Origin: Salisapilia sapeloensis CBS 127946
Taxonomy: Eukaryota; Protista; Oomycota
DNA length: 61,443 bases
Direction of reading: 5' to 3'
NCBI GenBank assembly: GCA_023334545.1
Contig: JAADVB010000097.1
Coordinates: forward strand, 1 to 61,443
The notes beneath the pieces were generated by a model that searched no databases, was not told where the DNA came from, and saw nothing but the letters and a program-made list of their open reading frames with translations. Position numbers and translations under genes: made by a program. Shown piece by piece: positions 18,164 through 28,546 of this stretch (positions are counted from its first letter, which is position 1; every line of letters begins with the position of its first letter).

Positions 18164-21100
18164 ATGGACCACAAGGAGGTCGAGGAGGCTGCTCCTACTG
18201 CGCCGAATGAGGCGACTCCGGAAGAAAAGGAGGCGCCCAACGCTTCCATGAGTGAAGAGGACATGGACGAAAGCGCGTCGGTAGAGTCCTCCGCGCAAGA
18301 TGAGGACGATCCGCCGGCCCAGGAAGAGGCGACGGCCGAGGAGGAGAAACGCATGTCCAAGGAACAGCGCGAGACGTTGCGCAAGGAAGAGGACTCGGCC
18401 TTCCAGCAGCAGCGAGAGGTGCAGTCCAAGTCGTTGGAAGCGGTCAAACAGCGTCTAGAGGAAGAAAAGGACTGGCGATCTCGTCCGGCTGCCGAGCGCA
18501 AGATGGCTTTCTTGATGGCACAGTCGGACGTCTTCACGTCCTTCCTCATGGGTGGGTCGAGTGACATTGGACGAGCGTTGACAGTCCAAAAGAAATCCAA
18601 GTCGGAAGGATCTCAGCGAGCGAAAAGCAGCAAGAGCGAACAGGCAGATGCACAGACCATGGCCGAGATCGACGACGTACGCTACACTCGTGTCTCTCAT
18701 CAGCCTCAGTGCATCAAAGGAGGCACGATGAAGCCGTACCAGATCGAGGGTCTGAACTGGATGATCCGACTGCACGACGCTGGCGTCAACGGCATCCTGG
18801 CAGACGAGATGGGTCTCGGAAAGACGCTCCAGTCCATTTCGTTACTAGCGTACCTCCGAGAATCCCGTGGTATCACGGGACCTCACGTGATTATCGTCCC
18901 CAAGTCCACTGTGGGTAACTGGATGCGAGAACTACGACGCTGGTGTCCTTCGATCCGCGCCTTCAAGTTCATGGGAGACAAGCAGGAGCGAGTGGAGCAG
19001 CGTGAGACGCTGCGTCGCATGCAGTTCGACGTGTGCGTCATGTCGTACGAGATTGCGAACATTGAGAAGGGCGCGTTGAACAAGGTCAAGTGGAAGTACT
19101 TGATCATCGACGAAGCGCATCGTGTGAAGAATGAGAACTCGAAGCTTTCTCGCACCGTCCGGGAGTTCCATGTCGAGCACCGCCTGCTGATCACAGGCAC
19201 ACCTCTCCAGAACAATTTGCATGAACTATGGGCCTTGTTAAATTTCCTCCTGCCAGAGATCTTTACGGACTCGGAAGACTTTGACTCGTGGTTCAACGTC
19301 GACGGAGAGGAGGGACAGGAGAATGTGATCAAGAAGTTGCACACAGTCCTCCGACCGTTCCTACTGCGTCGACTAAAAGCAGATGTGGAGCACTCGTTGC
19401 CTCCCAAGATCGAAACGAAGCTCTACGTCGGTCTGTCCGAGATGCAGCGAGACTGGTACATGCGCGTCCTCCATCGAGACGCGACGCACTTAAACGCCAT
19501 TGGAGGAAGCGACCGCGTCCGACTGCTGAATATCTTGATGCAGCTGCGTAAAGTGTGCAACCACCCGTATTTGTTCGAAGGCGCCGAGCCCGGACCGCCA
19601 TACCTTGAAGGTCCGCACTTATGGGAGAACTGCGGGAAGCTGACGCTGCTCCACAAGCTCCTGCCGAAGCTCAAGCAGCAGCAGTCTCGCGTCCTGATCT
19701 TTTGTCAGATGACGTCGATGCTGGACATTCTAGAGGACTTTATGCGGTACTGGAATTACGCCTACTGCCGACTCGATGGTCAGACGAAGGGAGAGGACCG
19801 AGACAATATGATGGAGGACTTTAACAAGCCGGAGAGTGAAAAGTTTGCCTTTTTGCTAAGTACGAGAGCCGGAGGTCTCGGCATCAACTTGGCGACGGCA
19901 GACATTGTCATCTTGTACGACAGCGATTGGAACCCGCAGGTGGACCTTCAGGCCATGGATCGAGCGCATCGTATTGGTCAGAAGAAGACGGTGCGGGTCT
20001 TCCGTTTCGTCACGGACGGAACGGTCGAGGAGAAGATTGTCGAGCGAGCCGAACGGAAGCTGTATCTGGACGCAGCTATCATCCAACAGGGTCGACTGGC
20101 GCAGCAGAACAAGAAGTTGGGGAAGGATGAACTGATGACCATGGTCCGCTTCGGTGCAGACGAGATCTTTAACTCGAAGGGCTCGTTGATCACAGACGAT
20201 GACATCGATGCGATCTTAGCCAAGGGAGAGGAACGTACCGAGTCCATGAAGAGCCGCATCAACGACGACATGCAGCACAATTTGGCCAACTTTGCTCTAG
20301 ACGGTGGCGACACGTCCAACTTGTACGAGTTTGAAGGCGAGAGCTTCTCCAACCCTGGACAGATGGGAGAAGCCTTCCCTTCTACTTTTATCGCTCTTCC
20401 GCAGAGAGAACGCAAAGTGAATTACAATGAAGATGAGTACTATCGACAGCAAGCAGGCGTGAACAAACCCAAGAAGACCAAGAAAGCAAATGATGGTACG
20501 CCTAAGGTACCTGTCGTCCACGACTTTCAGTTCTTTGATAAAGAAAAGATGGTGCCGCTGCTCACCAAGAAGAGTCACGTGGATGCTCGACGCAAGGAGC
20601 TCGGTCGACAGCTCAAGGACGCAAAGGCAGAGGAACAGCGGGTGAGGAATCGGCTGCAGAAGATCAAGGCGAGCGAGGAGGAAGTGCCGTCTAGCTCTCC
20701 GTCTGCTGCGAAGGAAGAGGAGCTGCAGGAGGTGTCTAAACGCATTGAAGGCATCGAGAAGGAGATGGAGGAAACTGCCTTGGAACCTAAGGACGCAGAG
20801 GATCTGCAGAGACTAGAGAGCCAAGGCTTTGGTGACTGGACCAGGCGCGACCTGAAGCAGTTTATTGCTGCGTGCGAGCGGTACGGCCGTGACGATCGAG
20901 ACCGGATCTGCCAGGAACTAGCGAGGTCCTTGAACAAGGATGAAGAGCGTGTGGGGCAGTACTTTGACACGTTCATGTCTCGAATGGACGAGCTGAAAGA
21001 CGCGTCCAAGTACATGGACCGGATCCAGCGAGGTGAAAAGCGGATTAAGCGCAATGAGGTCGTCAAACAGGCGCTGGCGAAGAAGTGTGCGCGGTACAGT

Positions 21101-21472
21101 AGTCCTCTGCGTGACATGAAGCTGGCATATCCGAATGGATACAAGAGTCGCGGGTACACGCCGGAGGAAGATGTCTTTTTAGTAGTCATGATGAACAAGT
21201 ATGGTCCGCACGAGTTCTGGGCCGAGATTCGAGACGAAATTCGACGTGCGTGGCAGTTCCGCTTCGACTGGTTCCTCAAGTCTCGGACGATCGCGGAGCT
21301 GCAGAAGCGAGGAGAGATGCTGACGAAACTAGTCGAGCGAGAGGTCGGAGAAGCCAAGACGAGGCATACGAAGGAAGAGGGTGAATTGAAGAAGAAAGTG
21401 TCGGGCAGCAGCTCTTCCAAGCGGAAGTCGAGCAGCTCTGGATCTAGCAGCAAGAAGCAGCGCACGTCGTAG
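18164..21472 (+). CDS. ISWI: ISWI-family SNF2 chromatin-remodelling ATPase with HAND-SANT-SLIDE region
   Basis: GILADEMGLGKT, IDEAHR, TGTPLQNNLHELW, STRAGGLGINL, QAMDRAHRIGQ. C-terminal GFGDWTRRD and YTPEEDVFL...IRRAWQFRFDWFLKSRT. Confidence 0.95.
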   Translation: MDHKEVEEAAPTAPNEATPEEKEAPNASMSEEDMDESASVESSAQDEDDPPAQEEATAEEEKRMSKEQRETLRKEEDSAFQQQREVQSKSLEAVKQRLEEEKDWRSRPAAERKMAFLMAQSDVFTSFLMGGSSDIGRALTVQKKSKSEGSQRAKSSKSEQADAQTMAEIDDVRYTRVSHQPQCIKGGTMKPYQIEGLNWMIRLHDAGVNGILADEMGLGKTLQSISLLAYLRESRGITGPHVIIVPKSTVGNWMRELRRWCPSIRAFKFMGDKQERVEQRETLRRMQFDVCVMSYEIANIEKGALNKVKWKYLIIDEAHRVKNENSKLSRTVREFHVEHRLLITGTPLQNNLHELWALLNFLLPEIFTDSEDFDSWFNVDGEEGQENVIKKLHTVLRPFLLRRLKADVEHSLPPKIETKLYVGLSEMQRDWYMRVLHRDATHLNAIGGSDRVRLLNILMQLRKVCNHPYLFEGAEPGPPYLEGPHLWENCGKLTLLHKLLPKLKQQQSRVLIFCQMTSMLDILEDFMRYWNYAYCRLDGQTKGEDRDNMMEDFNKPESEKFAFLLSTRAGGLGINLATADIVILYDSDWNPQVDLQAMDRAHRIGQKKTVRVFRFVTDGTVEEKIVERAERKLYLDAAIIQQGRLAQQNKKLGKDELMTMVRFGADEIFNSKGSLITDDDIDAILAKGEERTESMKSRINDDMQHNLANFALDGGDTSNLYEFEGESFSNPGQMGEAFPSTFIALPQRERKVNYNEDEYYRQQAGVNKPKKTKKANDGTPKVPVVHDFQFFDKEKMVPLLTKKSHVDARRKELGRQLKDAKAEEQRVRNRLQKIKASEEEVPSSSPSAAKEEELQEVSKRIEGIEKEMEETALEPKDAEDLQRLESQGFGDWTRRDLKQFIAACERYGRDDRDRICQELARSLNKDEERVGQYFDTFMSRMDELKDASKYMDRIQRGEKRIKRNEVVKQALAKKCARYSSPLRDMKLAYPNGYKSRGYTPEEDVFLVVMMNKYGPHEFWAEIRDEIRRAWQFRFDWFLKSRTIAELQKRGEMLTKLVEREVGEAKTRHTKEEGELKKKVSGSSSSKRKSSSSGSSSKKQRTS

Positions 21473-21552
21473 AGAGAGCAAGTGGGCAATACATACTTAT
21501 CTTCTCTTACGATCGTCTACCCTTGCTTGGTCTATTTATACGCACTTTTGAA

Positions 21553-24129
21553 ATGCACTCTTCTCGTATGATGTATCGGGCGGATGAAGACATTCGTGAA
21601 GAGGACGCGAGTGATACGAGTGACGAAAAGCAGGATGACCTGTCTGTAGATAGACAGGATGGACTGGGCGACATTCAAGCAGAAGTCTCTTTGAAAGGAA
21701 GCCGTCCACTCCAGTGTCGGTCTTCGATGGGAAGCACAGATATGCGACGATCGGCGGCGGTATTGCCTGCCATGAGAGCCCTGGTCGATGGAATTATGCC
21801 TGCTATAAGAACTCCAGCCAGTGAAAGACCGAGTGTAGAGTCTGATGCTAAAAATCAGGACGTGACGTTCAAAGCGGCGTTCATGAAGCAACGGGCGGCG
21901 ACATTGACGGACTTGAACGACCCGATACAAATGGAACCTCCACGGTCAAAAGCTGGCGCATTTCTGCTTGGCGTACTTGCCAAATCCAGAGCTGCCACAA
22001 CCAGCAACGTTATTGATGCAAACTTATATCATACCAAAGGCCCAGTCGCGGTTACTGCGAGCTATGTCAATGAAAGTAACCAGCGAGGCTCACCTTTGCG
22101 AGCAAAGTTTTTATCAGCCGTGCAAAAAGTGAAAACGACCAAGAACACACGGTCGGAAAATGAAGCTCCAACACCCGAGGTTACTCCTCTTGTGATGACA
22201 CACGAGTACTCGTTGCTTGGGAGCTTGAGTGGGAAGACGTCCAAGGAGTTAGTGGAGGCAATGAAAGTGCACAGACAAGAGCTTTCGTGCCAAAATGAGC
22301 TCTTACTCGAAATACACAAAAGGCTGGATCCACATCAGGATTATGCCTCGCCTTGTCCAGTGTCCAAAGAGCTCATTGACGCTGGTATTCTGGAAGAAAT
22401 CGTGATGGCCATGCAAGAGTTCCGCTTCCAGTCCATGCTTCAGACTCGAGCTGTGCAAATTCTTACGGCTCTCGCAGAAGCCTCCGAGCTGTATGCGTTT
22501 ATGATGAGCATCATGGACCTGGACACTATTCTGCGCAAGTCGACAGCTGTCAACATTGAAAGTGAACGACTCCAGATAATGATCGCATCCTTGTGTCATA
22601 CTTTAGCAGAGTCGAGGACACCGGCCAATCTGAAGGCCTACCGGTTTCTACAGAATGAAAAGGTAAAAGCAAAGCGGGCGGACTACAAAAACACCGTGGC
22701 TTTAGAGGTTCCTGGTCGTGTGAAAGCACAAGCGCATTCGGCACCTCCCACTCAGACTTACAAGTTAACCCATTCAGCATCAAGACCTACCGAAATTGCA
22801 GCCAGTCTGCATACTCCATCGGGAAATGAAGTTGAACATATGGAAACCTTGGACAAATCTCTCCGACTTTCGCCAAGTCGCACAAAGCCCCTGACTTTAA
22901 ACAACCACTACGAATTGCTAGTAGGCAATAAAGTAGTCTCGAACGATCAACTACCAACAAGTCGACGAAGGACCCTGTCTGAATCTGGACGGAATACAAG
23001 TAGGAGAGCATCGGATACTCTGTTGTCATTTGCGAATTCAACAGCGAACACGATAAAAGAATTTTACGTGCCCGAGGTTAAGCCAGCTAAGTTACAAGTC
23101 TTGTCGTCAAAAGACATACAAGCTGTATATACTAGTCCTGTTGCTGTCATTGACGGCAAACCGATAATAATTCGTAGGAAGACACCGAGAGATGTTAGAG
23201 CCACATTATCCAGAGATGACGCTGTAGGAGCAGAATGTACTAGCAACAAGAAAGAAGCATCCAGACTACATTCTGTGCAAACGGATAACGAGGATAAGAT
23301 CAATGCGGTGAATAAAAGAGCTGAGCGGACAAAGACAATGGGGGCGGATATAGCGTCCTCAAATGTGAAAGAGTTGATTACAAGAGTAGAGCCGTCTACA
23401 ATGAAGGGGTGCGTTCGGCCATCCACTTGCCGAGAAGAAGTTGAAGCAGTGATGTCAACTCAAACGAGTGTGAATGATAGTTTGAATGGTCAATCGGGAG
23501 GACTTGTTGTAGACTTCAAGTCTTTTGATAAGCGGGCTCGGCGTTTAGAAGATCGACGAAAGCATAGCGCCAATGTCTTAGGTGGTCAAAATCGCACCAT
23601 CGATGGACGACCACATGGAAGACATGATATGAATATGATCTCCAGTAATTTAAGAGGTGGTTCTGATCTCTTGAACAAGTCTGAAGTGAATAACTGTCGG
23701 ATGAAAAAGCACGAGGCAGTCATAGCAAAAATTCGAAAGAGGTACGCGAAGGGGCTGGATTACCATAAACGAGGTCACTTGGCGCTAGCCTTGGGATGCT
23801 ATGATGATGCTCTGCGCTCGTGGGAAGAACATGTTTTACGCTTCGGATCCCGTGATGAACTACGAGAGGAGTGTGCAGCGCTGCACTTGAATCGAGGAGG
23901 TGTGCTACTTAAACAAAAGAAGTCTGAGATGGCACTGCGGGCTTTCAAGCGCTCGTTGCAACTCCAGCCTGGAAACACCAAGACGATCTACAATATCGGA
24001 CTGACGCTCGTGCACATGAGCAAGTACGAACAAGCATGCCAACAGTTCCGACGGGTACTAGCACTTCAGCCGTCCCATTCAAAGGCGCAACTCGCCTTGA
24101 CACACTTGGAGACAGGATATAGTGCATAG
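21553..24129 (+). CDS. Uncharacterised protein with a short ARM-like helical region and C-terminal TPR repeats
   Basis: ARM-like ELIDAGILEEIVMAMQEF...LQTRAVQIL. TPRs: HLNRGGVLLKQKKSEMALRAFKRSLQLQPGNTKTIYNIGLTL...FRRVLALQPSHSKA. Confidence 0.7.
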   Translation: MHSSRMMYRADEDIREEDASDTSDEKQDDLSVDRQDGLGDIQAEVSLKGSRPLQCRSSMGSTDMRRSAAVLPAMRALVDGIMPAIRTPASERPSVESDAKNQDVTFKAAFMKQRAATLTDLNDPIQMEPPRSKAGAFLLGVLAKSRAATTSNVIDANLYHTKGPVAVTASYVNESNQRGSPLRAKFLSAVQKVKTTKNTRSENEAPTPEVTPLVMTHEYSLLGSLSGKTSKELVEAMKVHRQELSCQNELLLEIHKRLDPHQDYASPCPVSKELIDAGILEEIVMAMQEFRFQSMLQTRAVQILTALAEASELYAFMMSIMDLDTILRKSTAVNIESERLQIMIASLCHTLAESRTPANLKAYRFLQNEKVKAKRADYKNTVALEVPGRVKAQAHSAPPTQTYKLTHSASRPTEIAASLHTPSGNEVEHMETLDKSLRLSPSRTKPLTLNNHYELLVGNKVVSNDQLPTSRRRTLSESGRNTSRRASDTLLSFANSTANTIKEFYVPEVKPAKLQVLSSKDIQAVYTSPVAVIDGKPIIIRRKTPRDVRATLSRDDAVGAECTSNKKEASRLHSVQTDNEDKINAVNKRAERTKTMGADIASSNVKELITRVEPSTMKGCVRPSTCREEVEAVMSTQTSVNDSLNGQSGGLVVDFKSFDKRARRLEDRRKHSANVLGGQNRTIDGRPHGRHDMNMISSNLRGGSDLLNKSEVNNCRMKKHEAVIAKIRKRYAKGLDYHKRGHLALALGCYDDALRSWEEHVLRFGSRDELREECAALHLNRGGVLLKQKKSEMALRAFKRSLQLQPGNTKTIYNIGLTLVHMSKYEQACQQFRRVLALQPSHSKAQLALTHLETGYSA

Positions 24130-24337
24130 GAAGGAGATAGACGAAAGCGAACAAAGAGTTATAAGAGCACAAACTCGATCCCATTATCAATCATAGGTGC
24201 CACTGCTCCACATGACCTTACTAAGCTTAGAGAAGTAGCTGGTAAAAAGCAAACGTTGCGATCGGTCTGCACTCGCGCACATATACAGAGAAAATGTCCT
24301 AAGGAGTTGCCAACAAGTAAAAGTGAGCAACGCTCAG

Positions 24338-25699
24338 CTATACTTGCTGCAGCGTCGGTCGATTCCGCACGCGATCTCTCTCGCTCATCTCCGCCTCGTC
24401 CGCCTGCTTCTGGGGCGTCGAGACGCTGAAAATGAAGGACTGGGCGACGATGTCGTGCTGCCGAGGACTGCTCAGACTGATCGGCATGGCGACAGAGTAC
24501 TTGACTCGGTTGCCGAACTTTTCGTGCTTGGAGACAAGGAAGATGCCCGAGAGCACACAGGCGATGGCGATGGGGAACATGATCCACTGGGCCTTCGAAA
24601 AGTTGTGTGCCTGCTGGAAGAAGACGACACCGCTGATGTTGCTCATGGTGATCCAAAAGGCCTGGAAGACAGGGTACGCGGACATGGTGTCTCCCGACAT
24701 GGTCGCCATGTTGAGCGTATGCGTCTGCGTCAACAGCGTCGCGACCATGCCGCCGATGAGAACGTATGTGCCGAAATACTTGAACTGGTTGTCGCCACTC
24801 AGCGTCGACGTGATCATTTCAGCTACACACTTGGCTAGTAGCACCGACTGCGCGCCGATTGTGCCCGATATGGCTGCCCAGTAGAGAGGCAGCTTGGGGT
24901 CGATGACGAGCGAATGCTTTTCGATGGTGCCTTCAAACTTCTTCGTCTTGTACGACTCGTTCGCGGTGGTGGAGGAGACTGCCGGATCGTCTTCTTCGCC
25001 AGGCACCTTGAGCGGAGACAAGGTCAGCGTATCGCCGTAGATGGGAGACGGAAACGGAGACATGAGCGCTGACTGTTGATGACCCTCCTCATTCTCCTCT
25101 TCCTTTTCTTGTGTTTCTACTTCCGTTTCGGTAGAGGTTTCTTCACTAGTATTCGCTACTGCGGCTTCAGGTGCTTCTTCCTCGGCATTGGAGGCGACAC
25201 GTAGCGCAGGTGCCCTCGACCGTCGTACGCGCAGGTAGAGCGTCATGACAAAGCACGTCGTGATGAAGCAGTAGACGAGGAATGGCGCAGCTTCCATCAT
25301 CTTGTAGATCTCGTCCATCTTGTATGACCCTTCTTCTTCGCTGCTGGCATCTGCGAGGACGACAACGCCAATGGTCACAAGAAAGACGCCGGCAATGTCC
25401 GTCGGGTAGAGGCTCTGCTTAAGCCAGAGGTGGGACATGATGCAATTTCCTAGAATAGTCGATCCGCCGCCGAGGGAGGCCACGAGCGTTTGGGCAGCAA
25501 AAGCCAATGCGAGAAAGTCACCTAGCGACGCACCGACGACGCAGACCATGCCGACCCACCACACGGGTCGCTTGTGGTACGGTCTCGGGATGGCCCGCAG
25601 CTCTTCCTTGTCATGAGAATACTTTTGCAGGTTGACGCCGAAGATGGAGGCGAGCGCCGCGACGACGGCGATGAATCCGCCCAGGAAGTCGCTCTTCAT
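24338..25699 (-). CDS. NIPA-type Mg2+ transporter family (DUF803) membrane protein
   Basis: GVNLQKYSH, WWVGMV, GDFLALAFAAQTLVASLGG, AISGTIGAQSVLLAK, PVFQAFW. About 9 hydrophobic segments and a long acidic loop. Confidence 0.88.
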   Translation of the reverse strand: MKSDFLGGFIAVVAALASIFGVNLQKYSHDKEELRAIPRPYHKRPVWWVGMVCVVGASLGDFLALAFAAQTLVASLGGGSTILGNCIMSHLWLKQSLYPTDIAGVFLVTIGVVVLADASSEEEGSYKMDEIYKMMEAAPFLVYCFITTCFVMTLYLRVRRSRAPALRVASNAEEEAPEAAVANTSEETSTETEVETQEKEEENEEGHQQSALMSPFPSPIYGDTLTLSPLKVPGEEDDPAVSSTTANESYKTKKFEGTIEKHSLVIDPKLPLYWAAISGTIGAQSVLLAKCVAEMITSTLSGDNQFKYFGTYVLIGGMVATLLTQTHTLNMATMSGDTMSAYPVFQAFWITMSNISGVVFFQQAHNFSKAQWIMFPIAIACVLSGIFLVSKHEKFGNRVKYSVAMPISLSSPRQHDIVAQSFIFSVSTPQKQADEAEMSERDRVRNRPTLQQV

Positions 25700-26446
25700 T
25701 GCTCGGCTTTCGTGCTATGCGTCGACCGCCTCTTTCGGCCGAAGAATGGCGGAAGAGGATAGAGGCACCGACGGACCGGATCTTCCGATGGGAAAATTTG
25801 CAACAGCTGCGCTGTTTACACGATCAGATTGGACTTTCCTGAGTCTGCGTCGGTGGCTCTAGTGGAACTGTCGTGCGTGCGTGTGCTCAAGGGGTGGATC
25901 AGCAACAGATCTCGATCGGAGCAGGGAGGTGCTTGCGCTTCGTGAAACGAATACCTCGGCTGTTTCGTTCGAGCTGTCACAAGCGTGCTTTAGGAGGCGT
26001 TGGAAGATGTCGCGGATGATGCGCGATACGAAGATTCCAAAACGATCATCTTGGTCAATTCCGCGAAAGATGGATTGCTTGATAGCAACTGCCGACCAAG
26101 AATCAAATCCCACGGCATGAGTTAAATCAGACGCGTGGGTGGCCGGCGTGAGACGGGAAACGGGCGGAAACCTGGTGCAGATCCCTCGCCTTCAACTTGC
26201 TTCCGTCTCTACCCATCCGCAGCTTCCGCTGACAGAAGAAAGATGGGCCTGTGCCAGTCGGTGACCCTACGTCTCTTTCCTTGCCCTCCAAACAGTCGGA
26301 CCGCCGCGTTGCGTATACGTTGCAACATGGCACCGGATGTACCGCGCCGTACCTCTTATACCGCACGACGCGCTCGAACAGATCACTTGCTGTCAACATA
26401 AAGCTATCCAACAGCTATGCATTCAACTTATACCTATCTAACCAAG

Positions 26447-28384
26447 CTATGCCTTCTTATCCTTCTTGTGCTTCTTCTTCTTGTTTGACTTTTTGTCTGA
26501 TTGCTGCAGCACGTCCAGAATCATCGCCACATCCGACGACTGCGCCGGGTCGCTCGCCTCTTCCGACGCCTTGCGCTTCTTGCTCTTCTTCTTCTTCTTC
26601 ATTACTGGCACAGTCGCAGTCTCATCCTCAAACACGTCCTTGAACATATCCTGCAACTTGCCTTGCTTTTGATACCTCCCGGCCCACTTGTCCTGGTTCT
26701 GCTTAAACTCGTTCAGGTGCACCGTGTTGGCGACGAGCTGACCAAAGTGGCTGCCGATGACCTTGTTCTCGTTCTCCATCAGCTCTTCCACAATGACGCT
26801 CTTGTCCGTCAAATCCACCTTCTCGTAGCACTTCATGACGGAGAACGCACCGAATCGATCGAGCGCAAGAGTGCCAAAGTTTCCCTTGAACTTGCTAAAG
26901 AGCTCCTTTCGCACCCATTGCGTCTCCTCACTCTCCATCTCCCATATCGGCTCCACGACGCATCGACTGCCCATCGAGTCCCGTGCCAGAGCCAGTAGTT
27001 GCGTCGTATTGAGGTCGAGGATGCCTCTGAACAAGGTCTCCAAGTACTCGGCGTACTGGAACTTCATCAGTTGCGAGACGATATGGGCGCCCATGACGTT
27101 CAGCTGAAGACGCTTGCTGGCGTTCGAAGCTAGCTGGAGAGACAGGAGCGACTGGACAAAGGGCTTTTGCGCCGCCGCTGGCTTCTTGCTCTCCTGCTTC
27201 TCCACGGCTGCCACAAGCTGGCGGAAGAACGCTTCTTGGTCCAGGTTAAAGCGAGCGCAGAGTTGCGCCAGTCGCCACACGACACCCGGCTTCCCAGTCG
27301 ACAGGAGCGTCCAGAGCGTCGGCAGGAGCTCACTCAAGACGTCTTTGGCTAAGTTGGAGGAAGGAACCCGCTCGAGTGCCTGCTGGAGGACGTAGTTGCC
27401 AATGTTGTGGTCTGCAAACTCTGTCATACGGTTTTGGAGACACCGGCGGAAGATGAGCGTAAAGAGCTCGTCGTTCACATTAGATGAGATAGCTTCCAGC
27501 ATGTGACTGGCAACTGGGTCTCCTGCAAAGTCGTAGTAGATCTGCTTGCTATTGTCCGACTGCCACTGCAAAAGGAACTGCACAAACTCCGAGCGAGTGT
27601 CGTCGGGAGCCAACTTGACGATGGAAGCGACAACAGGACCAGCGTTCTGGTCGTAGATGAGCTGCAAGACGTCACTGTGTGCGTTCGACGTGATTTTGTC
27701 TACGATTTCCTGGAAAAGCGTCCCAAAGTCTGCTGGAACAGTGTACATGTTGACCTTGCCGTCCTTGTCTTTGGGGTCCACAAACGACACTGCGCTGTGC
27801 TTGGCCTTCTTACCACGCTTCTCCGCTACGAGAGGTCGACCGGCTAGGACGGCCAGTAAAGAACGGAAGACATGGCTGGCACTGACGTCCAGCATCAAGT
27901 CCAGCCATTCCTCTCGGACTTCAGTCGCCATGGTCAGCACCAATTCCTTCATGCTTGGCACACCTTCCATCCGGTCATCTTCTTCTGCATCTGATGCACT
28001 CTCTCCGTCTAGCTCTGCCTGCACCACTTGACTGGCACGAGACAAGAGGTACTGCAGGACGTGGGACGAGTACCGGTTCGTCCACAAGTGTCCATAGTAC
28101 CCTTCGAACTTACTCGTAAAGTACCGCAGCTGCTCGTCACTCATCTTGGGCAAGAACTTTTCTACGATTTCACCAGCATGTCGATCGGAAGTAGCACTCG
28201 CAGCTCTCGGAGCCAATTCCTCCAATACATTCCACAGCAGTAGCTGTGCATCTTCTGCTTCCATATCTTCTTGTTGAGCCGCCAGTGTCTCGCTGACCTC
28301 TTTGAGGTAGCTCAGCGTACTCGGCTCGAGTCTCCGTGGACGCAGTCTGCCTCCTTGCTCGTGCCCATCGTCCTCTCCTGCCAT
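26447..28384 (-). CDS. NOP9: Nucleolar protein 9 (Pumilio-repeat RNA-binding protein)
   Basis: STLSYLKEV, PUF repeats YSSHVLQ, ASHVFRSLL, ASHMLE, IGNYVLQ, GSRCVVE, GAFSVMK. Lys-rich nucleolar tail. Confidence 0.9.
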   Translation of the reverse strand: MAGEDDGHEQGGRLRPRRLEPSTLSYLKEVSETLAAQQEDMEAEDAQLLLWNVLEELAPRAASATSDRHAGEIVEKFLPKMSDEQLRYFTSKFEGYYGHLWTNRYSSHVLQYLLSRASQVVQAELDGESASDAEEDDRMEGVPSMKELVLTMATEVREEWLDLMLDVSASHVFRSLLAVLAGRPLVAEKRGKKAKHSAVSFVDPKDKDGKVNMYTVPADFGTLFQEIVDKITSNAHSDVLQLIYDQNAGPVVASIVKLAPDDTRSEFVQFLLQWQSDNSKQIYYDFAGDPVASHMLEAISSNVNDELFTLIFRRCLQNRMTEFADHNIGNYVLQQALERVPSSNLAKDVLSELLPTLWTLLSTGKPGVVWRLAQLCARFNLDQEAFFRQLVAAVEKQESKKPAAAQKPFVQSLLSLQLASNASKRLQLNVMGAHIVSQLMKFQYAEYLETLFRGILDLNTTQLLALARDSMGSRCVVEPIWEMESEETQWVRKELFSKFKGNFGTLALDRFGAFSVMKCYEKVDLTDKSVIVEELMENENKVIGSHFGQLVANTVHLNEFKQNQDKWAGRYQKQGKLQDMFKDVFEDETATVPVMKKKKKSKKRKASEEASDPAQSSDVAMILDVLQQSDKKSNKKKKHKKDKKA

Positions 28385-28546
28385 TTTCCTAGTAGCTGTT
28401 GGTTGAAAGGGATAGCACTCTCCACTTGGTTAAAGTATACTCTGCGTCAGACGACATGAGATGGTACGGAAGAGGTACAAAAGTGTCAAGTACCGATCCG
28501 AGGATAAAGCCCTAAGATTCGCGACACGAAGCGCAGAGCGAGCGTC

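Noticed and set aside
20575-21489. Long antisense ORFs (for example 20575-21489, 6331-7242, 17057-18013, 33522-34421, 43196-43966, 55514-56239)
   Set aside because: They are shadows of GC-rich, codon-biased genes on the other strand or frame and have no independent motifs.
25859-26411. Small ORFs or a structured RNA between NIPA and NOP9, including a GGAAAGTCC reminiscent of RNase P/MRP nearby
   Set aside because: No partner conserved region for the P4 helix was found and the ORFs are unrecognisable. Most simply UTR or promoter sequence.
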